A stretch of 61,688 nt of DNA, counting the filler, from Globobulimina sp. (lineage: Eukaryota): assembly GCA_003354225.1 (NCBI GenBank). It is 21 parts of 21 records of this genome, joined end to end, with 100 filler letters (N's around TTAATTAATTAA, not from the genome) between each part and the next. Parts side by side here need not be neighbours in the genome. Positions count along the whole stretch, not along the records: positions 23,553 to 26,395 come from PIVH01004657.1; positions 26,496 to 29,337 come from PIVH01004658.1; positions 29,438 to 32,279 come from PIVH01004659.1; positions 32,380 to 35,221 come from PIVH01004660.1; positions 35,322 to 38,163 come from PIVH01004661.1; 16 more parts are not named here. One strand, written 5' to 3'. Position 1 is the first letter of the stretch, and each line of letters starts with the position of its first letter. A program made the translations under genes and the position numbers. This document shows, in pieces, positions 25,035-36,646 of the stretch. Below the pieces are notes generated by a model, which searched no databases, was not told where the DNA came from, and saw only the letters and a program-made list of their open reading frames with translations.

Positions 25035-26044
25035 TCACATTGGTGATTTAACACTATCATAGTCATTGATATTTGGTATTTCTTTGTGAACCAAGTCTTT
25101 TCCTTTGGTTAAATACAATTCATTCATTTGTTCCATAGCAAGTGTATTCCCTAACAAAGCACTCTCCTTTTTCCATGACAACGACCGTTTAGAATTAACA
25201 CTAACTCCATATCTCCCATTCGCATATATTTGCGCCAACATATAAGCGGAATCTCCATTATTTTTGCCAATCTCTTCCAATATTTTTAAACCTAAATCAC
25301 AATCTCTACCCACACCATAACCTTCCAAATAACACAAACCTAATTCATATTTGCTTTGCGATTTCAATGTATCCGATATAGTTTTTTTCTGTTTATGTGT
25401 GTCTGTATCGCCTTCATCTCTGTCCATGGATGAAACACTAAAATGATGAAAGGCAGCTTTGGGATTTGAGGCTTCAATCATCTCCATTTTATGCAATAAG
25501 CCTAAATAATAATGTCCAGTTTTATTGCCTTGTTCTGAGGCCATTTGAAATAAATTGAATGCGCGTGAAATATATCTTTCTTTTAATGCTTTTTTTGAAT
25601 CTTTTTTAGATAATAAAAATTCACCGTATTCCACCATTGCTAATGCTTTGCCTTTCTTTGCCTGAACAAAGTTAATAAACAATGGAATGTATAAAGCTGT
25701 GTGTTTGCGAAATTGCGAATGTATTTTGGTTTAACTTTGCGTCGAATTCGTCGTTCGTAGCCAGGGAATTCACGGTTATAAATGGATGAAAGTGTTACGC
25801 CGAGAACAAAACCATAAAATACATTAATAAGACGGTGATCCGGAATGTATTCTAATGGCTTAAATGATGGAAAAGAGGATCTGAAGGGTCTTATTGGTTT
25901 GATTGAATAATTATGGATACATAATGCTTTGTGGGGATTATAAAGTTTTGACACTGATCTTTGTTGCAATATATTGCAGAAACATGTTGGATGTTATGAA
26001 TGTATATTGAATATTGTGTAGTTAACATACCGTAAAGGTCGCAT
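25035..26044 (-). CDS. Sel1-like repeat protein with a putative mitochondrial presequence; introns 25959-26030 and 25662-25735
   Basis: SKYELGLCYLEGYGVGRD and AYMLAQIYANGRYGV; spliced N-terminus MRPLR|SVSKLYNPH. Confidence 0.8.
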
Positions 26045-26110
26045 ATTCAGATTGAGTTTTAGTAGAAACTTGAAAAAACTTTTAATATAAATTTAATATA
26101 AAGTATCAGC

Positions 26111-26395
26111 ATGTCTGACATTGACATGCAAGAACTGATGAATGAAATATTAAAACCAATCACATCATTTGATAGCGCAGATGAACTTGCTACAAATGGT
26201 ACTGCCAAAGACAACGACACTAATACGAATGCATATGTTGAGGATACTAATTCTGGTGATCATAAAAGTGATGAACTTGATTTTGAAGAGTTATTGGTCG
26301 AAGCATTTGTACTGAGTGGCTATACAAGAAAGTTCATGCAAAATAAAGATAATATCATGAACAGGTTTGTTGATATTGATACTTTAACCAATATG
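26111..26395 (+). CDS. Hypothetical acidic protein, 3'-partial
   Basis: ATG-initiated ORF running into the contig end. Confidence 0.45.
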
Positions 26396-26495
26396 NNNNN
26401 NNNNNNNNNNNNNNNNNNNNNNNNNNNNNNNNNNNNNNNTTAATTAATTAANNNNNNNNNNNNNNNNNNNNNNNNNNNNNNNNNNNNNNNNNNNN

Positions 26496-26982
26496 AATGT
26501 GCCGGATACGATTTGGAAGCGGATTGTGTTGCTTGGAATGTGCACAAAGAGTGTTGCGATGGCAAAACGTATTTCAATCCGTGTGCTGCGGAGTGTGACG
26601 GTATTTATGAACCGGCAGAGTTGCAGTATGATCATTGTGTGATGGGTAGCTGCGAGAGTTTGTGTTGTGACGGTGTCGATTACAGCAATGCGTGTACCGC
26701 TCGCTGCGATGGTATCAAGAATCAGGTGACTTGTAATCATGGACGTTGTGACCAACAGACAGAGTGTTTATGTACGCGAGAGTACAAACCATTATGTTGT
26801 GCTGGTGTGGATTATGCAAATAAATGTTGGCGCAATGTGATGGTCAGGATCCAAATGACGCGTTATGTCAACGTGGACGGTATGATGAATGTTTATGTTC
26901 GGCAGAGGTTGTACCAGTTTGCTGTGGCGACTATGGACAAGAATATGATAATCAAAGCACGTCGATACCGGCAAGAAAATGA
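26496..26982 (+). CDS. Kazal-type repeat protein, partial, with an apparent 1-nt frameshift near 26828
   Basis: CCDGKTYFNPCAAECDG and CLCTREYKPLCCAGVDYANKC; the Kazal pattern resumes in another frame (AQCDGQ...CLCSAEVVPVCCGDYGQEYDN). Confidence 0.72.
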
Positions 26983-27101
26983 TAATCAATTTTTTATACA
27001 CCTGTTATATTTATAACAAAATGTTTCTATGTACGGATATATGTAGCATGTAATAATATTCCTCCGTACACCTGAATGCATAAATATCTTAATAATTAAT
27101 A

Positions 27102-27201
27102 GTGCCATTAGCCAGGCTCGCGAGTCTGCGACGTCTCGCATACACCGCAGGCTATGAATGCCAGTCCATATCACAGCCGATCCGGCCAATTGGTAATTGA
27201 G
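27102..27201. repeat. Diverged ~100-bp direct copy of 28132-28232
   Basis: Shared TAGCCAGGCTCGCGAGTCTGCGACGTCTCGCATACAC and CAGCCGATCCGGCCAATTGGTAATTGAG, with a few substitutions and a 1-nt indel. Confidence 0.93.
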
Positions 27202-28767
27202 CGAATCATCTGACCAGGCAAAAATATCTGAGAGGTCAGCGAGATTAACGCAAAAAAGGACTGCTGGTAAAAAAAAGCTTCACTCATCTCCAGTTTGTGG
27301 TGGTTTAGTTCTAATATCACATCGGGACATTCAATGGTTATTCCTGCCCAAAACCCCAAAAAATACGAATTCTTCAAATCCCCCGCTCCTAAGTGTCATG
27401 CGCATATATTACATATTTGAGTTTATGTCACTTTGGAGATACCAAAATAGAGCGAGGCAAACCGAAAAACAATGGAAACACGCAAATAAATACAGTACCT
27501 GGATACTCGTCAATTTGATCGTAAGTCGGCCACCAATCACTTAGACCATTATACGTATCCAACTCGCCATCTTCGTAACCTTCGGGAGCCTTGAAATCAA
27601 ACACAATGTCCTCCATAATCACATACTTTCCTATACACAAAACATCACAAAACCTATCTGAAAATCTGCAAATCCACAAAACAACATACCAGCTTCAGTG
27701 ATTCTGTAGGTGCCATCCATAAAATCCTTCTGATACAGCCGCACAATGTTCAAATCCTCCCTCTCTTTCAAAGCGGTGAATTCCTGCTCCTTCACAGCAT
27801 CCGTCAGTTTCTTGTCTTGTTTCTCCAGTAATTGCTGCGTCGCTATTTCGTACTCGGCATAGCTGTCTGGCTCTGGTTTGATGCACATACAAAACCGGCC
27901 GTCCTTCCCAATGGACGGCTTCCTCCGCGGCAGAATAACTTCCCCCTCGACGTCTTCGTGCGTCACAGTCTTGCAATGTTGAAAGGTGTCCGTCTCGCTG
28001 CTATGGCTTGCTTTCGCATCGCGGATAGTAAAGCCGCACAAACCATACTTGGCAAAACTTTCTTCGTCCACTTCATTTTCGAAATGCAACGCCGTGTCCG
28101 GGTCATTTAAGCCATTGTACACTTCGTAACTGTGCCAATAGCCAGGCTCGCGAGTCTGCGACGTCTCGCATACACGGCAGGCGTACGAATGCCAGTCCAT
28201 GTCGCAGCCGATCCGGCCAATTGGTAATTGAGTGCAGCCGGCCGTCACTGGCGTCATATAATAGCCTTTTTTGTGTATATAACAAGGGATTTTATTTATT
28301 TATATATTTATTTATTTTTTATACGGTACAGTACCGGAAGCAGTGGAATATAGCTTATTGAGCTCGGCCTCTTCGTCGCAGGTGGCACAGTCGGGAGAGA
28401 CGAGGAATTTGTCCATTTCCGGCACGATCCATTCTTGCCAGTTGACGTGGTCATCTTTCTCGGGGCCAACCAAATTGTAATGATATTCGCGCGTGGATTG
28501 GAAGTATTTGCTCCATAGAATGTCTTGTTTGAGGTTAACAATCATATATTCCTGGTTGCACGCCACGGACAGAGCAGGGTAGGAATCGCCAGCTAATAAT
28601 TTGACAATGACATTGGAATCGTCTGCATGGTTGACACATGAATTTGGGACTAAGGTTGTCGACGAAAGGTCCACTATCTCCTCCACTTTGGCTTTGTTTA
28701 GTGGCACCGGGTGGGATGCACATAAATACAGCAATGATAAAAGAAAATACATCCTTTTTTTGATCAT
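27171..28767 (-). CDS. Secreted protein, Cys-rich N-terminus followed by the start of a beta-helix-like domain; introns 28266-28334, 27631-27689, 27389-27498; appears truncated
   Basis: Signal peptide; splicing gives DFMDGTYRITEAG|KYVIMEDIVFDF...YPG|AGDLKNSYFLGFWAGITIECPDVILELN. Confidence 0.65.
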
Positions 28768-29003
28768 TTCTGTATTTTTTGGTTGTTGTTGCGGGATGTT
28801 TGAAAGATGAAGGAATTTTGGATTTGAGTGAAGCGAAAGTTTTTGGTCTAATCTCAGCACCTACAGAGCTCAACGAACAATAAAGGGTACTGGGTATAGA
28901 ATCTATTTTGTCCAGAAACGGTCCAAATATCTGACCATTAAAAAAACAAAGATCTAATTAATTATTTGGCAACAAAACTGTCAAAACAAAACAAAAATTA
29001 TAA

Positions 29004-29337
29004 TTATTTAGCAGTATCTTGAATATTCGGAGCAACAATGGCATGGATACCGCCTTCAATTTGTGAATATTGCTGAATTTGCGGATTTTTATTTTTCTGT
29101 TTATATTTTTGAATGAAAAGAAGAATTTTTTTGCGATGTCCTTTTTTCTTTATGTCCATATCAATTAAATCCTGCTCATTGATGGTATTTGTAATTGTAA
29201 GCATATCCTCATAGCCATCCTCGATAAAATTATTAAAATATTGTCCGAGTTCGACTGTCGTTGTTAACCATTCTTTGACCACATTTTTCTTTCTCTCTTT
29301 GATATTGAGATTAATATTTGGTAATTTGTTATTATTA
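29004..29337 (-). CDS. C-terminal SAM (sterile alpha motif) domain fragment
   Basis: VKEWL...LGQYFNNFIEDGYE...DLIDMDIKKKGHRKKIL. Confidence 0.85.
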
Positions 29338-30059
29338 NNNNNNNNNNNNNNNNNNNNNNNNNNNNNNNNNNNNNNNNNNNNTTAATTAATTAANNNNNNN
29401 NNNNNNNNNNNNNNNNNNNNNNNNNNNNNNNNNNNNNTAAATCGGAAACATAGGATGGAAGAAATTCGGTTGTATTTAACCAAAGAAAAGTCGAAATCAA
29501 AAACAATTTTATTAGAAATGGATAAAACGATATCGTTTTATCACTCAAATTTTCAAAAATCATTATCGTTTAAAATGACACATATCACCAATCCAGTTTA
29601 TAAATGGATGCATGGAATTTTAATCAAAAAATGCACTATCAAATGTTCGAAATAATTCATACATGATACATGCAACCAGTAATCCAGTATTTGTTATGTA
29701 TATATTACCATTTTATACACTGTGTCATGTTTTATTTTATAACTTTGTGGATTTGGATGCCTTTTTTACCGTTCTCTCATTGTTTGGATTGTTGATGCTT
29801 TCCTTGCAACAATGCCATCATAAAAATGTATTTTAAACTTCTTCTTGTTTACTGAGGATCATTGAGAAATAAAGCATGTAACAAATAAAATTGATTACTG
29901 ACCAGAACGTATTAATACTGTGAAACACATCATATTTACGATGGCAAAGGCCGGTATGTATTTATACACAGTCAAAGTATATACTGATTTGAAAGAGGAA
30001 TTCACATTTCTTATGCTGTAAAATGAATTACCGGCCAGGTGCAGCGCCAGCAAATACTG

Positions 30060-30680
30060 TTATTGTTTGATCGTATGCCTATAAGCGCCATTAACACATT
30101 CAGCAGCAACAACATGATCAGTTTCCCATGTAAATATTCTTCCAATTTGATTCCAGATACCCATCAAATCACAACTTAACGTAAAACCATGTCTTGATGG
30201 ATGCGTTGCAGTCTGTCCACTACAAATCGATGCTTTGAATGTACAAACAGTTCGTTTCAATGTAGATGTACTTTGTTGCAACGCACAATGTCTTGAAATG
30301 TCATGCGCCCAAAAGAAATCCTCATCATTTGCATGACCTGGATGCTCTTCGTTAATTTGTTCGTGTGCCAATTTATACCAATTTTCTACTGCTGTTTGTT
30401 TAGCGAACTTTGGAATTATTGATATTCCTTCAACTGATAAATCAGCCAAATGTTTAAATGAATAAGCTCCCGATTTCGGACAATTTTTTGCTCGCTCGTC
30501 TTGATCAAATAATCGAACTTTCTTTGCTCTCCGTCTAGCCAAAGGATTTATTTTTCTGTTTTGATTCAATAATGAATATAAATTGGAGTTAGTTAATCGA
30601 ATTTGATTGGCAGACATAGTAATTCCAGATTGCATCAAAATTGTTAATAAGACGGCTAATAATGCCAAAGCGAAATTCAT
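30060..30680 (-). CDS. Secreted hypothetical protein
   Basis: Signal peptide MNFALALLAVLLTILMQSG; six Cys; no recognised domain. Confidence 0.55.
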   Translation of the reverse strand: MNFALALLAVLLTILMQSGITMSANQIRLTNSNLYSLLNQNRKINPLARRRAKKVRLFDQDERAKNCPKSGAYSFKHLADLSVEGISIIPKFAKQTAVENWYKLAHEQINEEHPGHANDEDFFWAHDISRHCALQQSTSTLKRTVCTFKASICSGQTATHPSRHGFTLSCDLMGIWNQIGRIFTWETDHVVAAECVNGAYRHTIKQ

Positions 30681-31039
30681 TCTTAAAAGATGTTTGTCTT
30701 TTCAGCGTCAGCAAAAGTTTCACCTATCCATTGCACCAATGTTTACTGATGTTTTTAAAAAACAAAAAACTTTTGCTTCAAATTTAAAGCAATCAACTCC
30801 GCCAATCAACGTATACGTGTTTACTGAGGAAAGTGTGTTAAATAATTCCTAGATACGGTTATCTCACAATTGTTTCCTGAAACGTCTTGAACACAACAGC
30901 AGACTCATTAAAAATATGGATTGCAAAGCGCAACTATTATAATTATTATTATTTACTGACAATATTGATTGATTTTTATTTTTACTCAACAATAATACAA
31001 TTACACATACACATACATACACAATAAACCAAAAACAAA

Positions 31040-32279
31040 TCAATTATAATAAAATATAAATTCTTTAACATTTAATTTCTTTCTTTCTGTGTTTTGTAGC
31101 TCATCGGGTATTTCCACCTCCTAACTCGTACGTTATTTAATTATAGAGACTAAATATTATATGACACACAAACAAAATTGTAATTATCACACACCTTCTC
31201 TGATAATGCGGACTTAATCACTGCCGCTAATTGTTTTGAATATTGATTGGATAAACCACTTTCTTTAATAATACTTTCTGCAGATTTACCGACCGTATAA
31301 TCGACATCTTGTTGACCCACAAACACCCGAATAAAATCCACAGATTTCCAGTATCCCTCTGTTAAAATGCACGGATTTGTGCCACTAATTTCCACTGAAA
31401 AACGAATGATTTCAAATATAAAATTGTACGTATCATTATCATCAGAATTTACATAAGATAAATATCTGTTGATTGCATATTTAATATTAAATGCATCTGT
31501 TTCCTCCATATTATTCAATATTTTGCCAAATTTGCTCACATAGCCACTCCTCGCATATCCATGCAATAATATTAGGCATTGGATGAATAAACCTCCTTCT
31601 TCCAATTTATTACATGCTATATTATTGATATTATAATATAAAACGGATATTATTATAGTTATTGGTGATATGTTTTGTCTTCCATTATACGTAAATATCC
31701 AATTCCATAATGTTTCAGCAACCTTTCTATTGATACCATGTGTTTTTAATGTTGCTACAAACTCTGTTTTTGATGCAATGGAATGGCTGTTTTTGCCTTG
31801 TAAAATACGTATAATTCCATCAATATTCTTCGCACCGAATAGCTCATAAAGTTCTGACAATTGTTGTTTTGTTATTTTCTGTAATAACGCATTTGATCTT
31901 TTTTGTTTTGGTCTTGTGCGTGCTGTAATATTTGCATTTAATTTATTACAAAACGGCACAAAATCATCACATTGAGATAATACATTGCTACATTGTAAAA
32001 GTTTTGCGTTGAATGGCGGATCGCGATCAAAACCACCACAATTATTTTCTTTACATTCTGAATCCAAAAATGGTTTAATTATTTCATTCCATTTTGTTGG
32101 GTCTAATTCGTTATCCCTTAATACGAATAAATAGCGAAACCAATTACAAATATCCTCCATTTGCCATATTCTAATCACTGCATCGCCATAAAACAAATAA
32201 TATTTTAAGACCGAGCCACATTTAAATATTACAATTCCAATACTTTTCTCGTTATTATTATTTGTATTCTTTGCTACCA
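31040..32279 (-). CDS. Hypothetical protein, 5'-partial, with a probable final intron near 31122-31194
   Basis: 348+ codon ORF; GT donor after LSEK and AG acceptor before EVEIPDELQ. Confidence 0.55.
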
Positions 32280-32589
32280 NNNNNNNNNNNNNNNNNNNNN
32301 NNNNNNNNNNNNNNNNNNNNNNNTTAATTAATTAANNNNNNNNNNNNNNNNNNNNNNNNNNNNNNNNNNNNNNNNNNNNAATTAAATAGAATTAAAATAA
32401 TGATCAGATAGAGAGTGAAATCAATACTATGAGGTTTCATCAATTATTATTATGGAAAGAGAGAGTATTATCATCAGAAATATCTGTAATATCTGTGGAA
32501 AGAGTACGTACCTATTTAAAGAAGAAGGGTGAAGTTGGGTTTTTTTTTTTTAGTTAAAACTTCAACAACTTTACCTTGCTCCATACAGC

Positions 32590-34665
32590 ATGACAACCAC
32601 CTTACTAGCCAACGCATCAAAAACAGACGAGAATAATAATAATACACAATGGATAGAAATAACATCGTTATCCTCATTCACAACCAAATGGAGTCTATTT
32701 TCATCATTCAACAAATCATTTGGTAATGTTTTGAATGTGGTGCTCAATGCAAACAAACGGAGTGCCAAAGTATTATTTGGTAATCTTGAATCAGCCCAGA
32801 AATGTTGCAAATGGTTTACATCGAATCGAGTATTGGATGGTGAATGCATTGAAATATATTTGTGCTCGGAATCAAATATTACACAACGAAATGCACAAAA
32901 ATGCCATGATATTTTAAATGAGAAATTAAATGGATTTATTGTATCGAGTGAAAGAATTAAATGTTGTGCAGAAAATATAGAAACATTGACTCCATTTTTT
33001 ATTTCTAAATGCCACTCAAAAATATTATTGCAATTATCTGAAACGCAAAATAATAAAAAAAGTGCCATATTTGTGACGGATGCTTTTAGTGTCATTGGTG
33101 TCGATGCTTATTGTTTCAGCGATTGTTTCCATACAATAAATGCTCTCAATTCACACCGAATTTTTTATTCAAACTTAGTGGATAATATTAAATTATTTGG
33201 GCGCTTTGCAACACCCATAAAATGTTTAAACCTCAACTTTTATGATATTTATAATAATTTATGCCAACATATTGTGTACATCGACTCGTTTAATATGAAT
33301 ATGAACACAAACAACAAACTAAAATGGAACGATTGTTGTGCAGATATTTCATATTCGCATCGGAATAAAAGCCAATATTTATCTCAATTTTGTGTGGATA
33401 TTTATAGAAATAATCAGATTAAAATGAATAACAAAAATAATAATATTAATAATAAGCAGATTGTGGCTTTGATGTTGATCGCAGTAAAAGTGCCCAAACA
33501 TTTTATGGTTTCTGAATTTGCCGAGAAAGTGAAGCAATGTCAATGTCAAATAATTGTTTTTGATTTTGAATGTCATCAATTGATGGTTTTAGATTTCCAG
33601 CACAATATCAACGAATTGCGGTCATTGGAATTTAAATGTAATAAGTTCAAAGATTTGTGTTTTTTTAAAACATTTATTTTTCAAAGATTCCTTGATCCAA
33701 AGCCAGTGTTAAAAAAAAGGAAATTGAATAATTATCATTGCATTGTGAGTGAGAAAGAGATTGCATTTCAAGTTTCCACTCATTTGAAAGAAATTGGATT
33801 TAAATCGTTTGGTGTTGAACATACAAAGAACTTCAACCAAAAATTAAAAATCCAAATCTATTCCAAACAAATGATTCGAGAAATTATCAATTTCGTGGAT
33901 TTAAAATCAAAATTTCAAGAAATCCAACAAATTGAATCATTTCTAAAAGAGAATGGAAAGAATAATGAAAATAAAACATGGATTGCGCCCAATATTGTTG
34001 GTCCCCGATATTTAATTTATGCCACCTCACAATGGACCATTTTGGTGGATGAGTGTTTGAATATGTTTTATCATCCAACTTTCAATGAGTTTTATCAAAA
34101 TATTCTGTTTGGGACAAATTCAAATAAACAACAAACATTAAACAAAAGTGTTACGATTTTGGATGGATTCTTAATTCCAAGCAATTATTTTAAGAATGAC
34201 AAGAATGAGAATAAGAAGAATAGAAATAATGGAATATCGCCATTACAGTTTTGGATCTTAGACATTTTATCATATCAAAATAATACATCTGTTGTATTGC
34301 GAGATCGCTTCAATTATTTTCAAAATATTGTTGCTTCATATAACAGAGAATGCAAATATTTGCACAGCGGACCAATAAGTATTCACAGTTTACATTTTGA
34401 GGAATATAACAATTTAAATAATTTATTACAATTTGTTCATTCGGATAAAGAGAAACAATGTGTTATTTATCAAACTAATGAATGTGTTAAATATGCAATA
34501 AATGGATTTGTTTTAATTGACAATGGGACGCAATGTATTATTCATGATAGGAATAAATATTCAGAGAGTTGTGTGTTATGGAAATGCGATTTTAATGCGT
34601 TGTTCACTCAATATTTTATTCAGAAAAGAAAGCAAACAAAAAATACTGACATGTTTCAAAAATAA
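32590..34665 (+). CDS. 691-aa protein with a C-terminal degenerate mRNA-capping guanylyltransferase/snurportin-like domain
   Basis: Ordered motifs WIAPNIVGPRYLI (I), TILDGFL (III), FWILDIL (IIIa), INGFVL (IV) and VLWK (V). Confidence 0.55.
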   Translation: MTTTLLANASKTDENNNNTQWIEITSLSSFTTKWSLFSSFNKSFGNVLNVVLNANKRSAKVLFGNLESAQKCCKWFTSNRVLDGECIEIYLCSESNITQRNAQKCHDILNEKLNGFIVSSERIKCCAENIETLTPFFISKCHSKILLQLSETQNNKKSAIFVTDAFSVIGVDAYCFSDCFHTINALNSHRIFYSNLVDNIKLFGRFATPIKCLNLNFYDIYNNLCQHIVYIDSFNMNMNTNNKLKWNDCCADISYSHRNKSQYLSQFCVDIYRNNQIKMNNKNNNINNKQIVALMLIAVKVPKHFMVSEFAEKVKQCQCQIIVFDFECHQLMVLDFQHNINELRSLEFKCNKFKDLCFFKTFIFQRFLDPKPVLKKRKLNNYHCIVSEKEIAFQVSTHLKEIGFKSFGVEHTKNFNQKLKIQIYSKQMIREIINFVDLKSKFQEIQQIESFLKENGKNNENKTWIAPNIVGPRYLIYATSQWTILVDECLNMFYHPTFNEFYQNILFGTNSNKQQTLNKSVTILDGFLIPSNYFKNDKNENKKNRNNGISPLQFWILDILSYQNNTSVVLRDRFNYFQNIVASYNRECKYLHSGPISIHSLHFEEYNNLNNLLQFVHSDKEKQCVIYQTNECVKYAINGFVLIDNGTQCIIHDRNKYSESCVLWKCDFNALFTQYFIQKRKQTKNTDMFQK

Positions 34666-34707
34666 TTTTCTTTTAAAAAACTGTTTAAACTTTAAGGCCC
34701 TTCCATC

Positions 34708-35221
34708 ATGTCTCAGATTGAGGAAACGTACAATTATTCCATTAATCCAAGTTTGTCGACATTTGGAGACATATAATGCAAAAGAAACAGCGGAGTTTGG
34801 CGGGAAACTCTTTGAAATCCTCTTGCGACATGATATCCTATTTCGAAATCCAAATATGATTCAAAAGTTATTGTGTTGTATTCATTCAATGCTTTCAAAT
34901 GAAATATTTGATGAGATATCTCAATCGTTATTGAGAAAAGATGAGCAGATTAAAGACAGTATTTCCATAAATTCACAGGTTGACATTAATCAAAGTCAAC
35001 GTAATAATATTGTCGAAATGTCAAACGATTTATTGATTTACACATTTCAATATCTGGATATTGACGATATTTATCAAGTGGATAAAACCTGTCGTTTATT
35101 CTGTGGCATTAGCCGTGATCCAAATAGTTTATACAAACTTAGTTTATACAGACTTCGTTTTACATTTGGAAATGAGCCAAATTATCGGATATTTGCGCAT
35201 TTTAATCATGTCCGATATTCA
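34708..35221 (+). CDS. F-box-like protein, 3'-partial, start uncertain
   Basis: IVEMSNDLLIYTFQYLDIDDIYQVDKTCRLF F-box pattern. Confidence 0.7.
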
Positions 35222-35321
35222 NNNNNNNNNNNNNNNNNNNNNNNNNNNNNNNNNNNNNNNNNNNNTTAATTAATTAANNNNNNNNNNNNNNNNNNNNNNN
35301 NNNNNNNNNNNNNNNNNNNNN

Positions 35322-36155
35322 CACCGCTTTGTTGTTTTCTTTCGGCGAAACCCGAATTCTCAGCGGTCGTCAAATCGAATTTGCCCTGTGTGTCCTATAC
35401 AAAATACAGTAATATACACACAAATCGAAAAAATTGTACAATAAACGAACTTACTCTGTAAATGAAGTAACCGAAATCGTTTCGGTCCTTGAACTCCTTG
35501 CTGCTTTTGAACACATTTTCCAAGTAAGACAAGTATGGGTACAAGTCGTGAGAGCCTGTTATTTGGGTACTGTTGCCCAATGTTACGACCACGCGAGAAA
35601 AAAGACTGCCACCTGAAACGAATGTCACATTTCAAGATCGACAAACAAGACACTTTTTTAAGTACATACCCAAATTCGCGGCCGGAGCGGCGTTCGTAGC
35701 TCCCAGAGGTGTGCCGTCTCCGTTCAACACTTGACAATGTATCACGAGTCTGATGGAAGAAGGGTCCAAAAATCTTTCCGAATCTCCGCTGAAATTTCGA
35801 TTTTAAATCAGAATATTTTTTGCCGCCCTGTGCGGTGGAGTGGGCCCAAGAGGGTGTTGTCCCGAATACATAAAACAAGTACAAATAATAAAATACTTAC
35901 TGTATAATGAACACTGTTTCACCCCCTTCTTGCAGTGTACCTATAAGCAATTTGGTCAGTTTTCGACTTTAAAAAACTTCACCCTTCTCTTCTTTACTTA
36001 CCCTGCGGCAAAATTCTCTCGGTAGTATAGTTTTGAAACTGCACTTGCAGTCCTTTTCTGTTGAACAAATCGACTTCCGGCAAATTAACGACAGGTTGAA
36101 CATCTACAGAAGTACTAGTGCCGGCTATATGAGTTTTTCTTTTTTTGGGAGGCAT
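35322..36155 (-). CDS. Polinton major capsid protein (double jelly-roll), N-terminal part. Exons 36155-36002, 35940-35901, 35788-35670, 35612-35455, 35394-35322
   Basis: Spliced product MPPKKRK...PEVDLFNRKGLQVQFQNYTTERILPQG|TLQEGGETVFIIH|GDSERFLDPSSIRLVIHCQVLNGDGT...APAANLG|GSLFSRVVVTLG...LYPYLSYLENVF...YR|DTQGKFD...NSGFAERK follows the Polinton MCP pattern ELDLF...IEF.I.G....YLD...PVN...SLFSQV...YPYRAY.E...YKDTAG..D...N.GF..R. Confidence 0.88.
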
Positions 36156-36178
36156 TTTTTTGACGAATGATAAATAAA

Positions 36179-36604
36179 TTATTTAAATTTGCGCAAAAGT
36201 TTTACAACTTGAGAAACAAGTTTCGTATTATTAATAGGTTTTCGTTTTCGACCGACTGTTTTTCCGCCGGTTCGCTTCTTCAAATTGCGTTTTTGGCCAC
36301 CTTTCACGACCTTTTTTCGTCCGGCTTTTTTTGATTGTTTTTGACCACCCGTTTTCTTATTTTTCTTCTTTTTGACGACTTTTTTGCGACGAAAACGTGG
36401 GAATTTGATAGTTTTCAACGCGCGTTCACGTCGTTTTCTTGGAGGTTTGACTCTGGCCAAAGGTCCAGCCGAAACGGGACTTTCGAAACCGTGATGATAT
36501 TGAAACAAGGGATTTTTTATTTTCTCAGAAGGGTTACGAGACAAAATGTTTTCAAATTTTTTCACAAAATTACTCTGAACAGCACCACCGACGCAAGAAG
36601 ACAT
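36179..36604 (-). CDS. Highly basic Lys/Arg-rich protein, candidate virion DNA-condensing core protein
   Basis: Lies between the minor and major capsid genes; K/R-rich with repeated xGG motifs. Confidence 0.6.
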   Translation of the reverse strand: MSSCVGGAVQSNFVKKFENILSRNPSEKIKNPLFQYHHGFESPVSAGPLARVKPPRKRRERALKTIKFPRFRRKKVVKKKKNKKTGGQKQSKKAGRKKVVKGGQKRNLKKRTGGKTVGRKRKPINNTKLVSQVVKLLRKFK

Positions 36605-36646
36605 TAGTATCAATAATAATAAATAAACAACAGTACATAACTTTTT

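Noticed and set aside
29438-30050. Short ORF 29455-29655 and adjacent non-coding stretch
   Set aside because: No recognisable motif or structure.
35360-35884. 174-aa ORF as a stand-alone Polinton gene
   Set aside because: It reads through MCP introns in a non-homologous frame; the spliced model explains the region.
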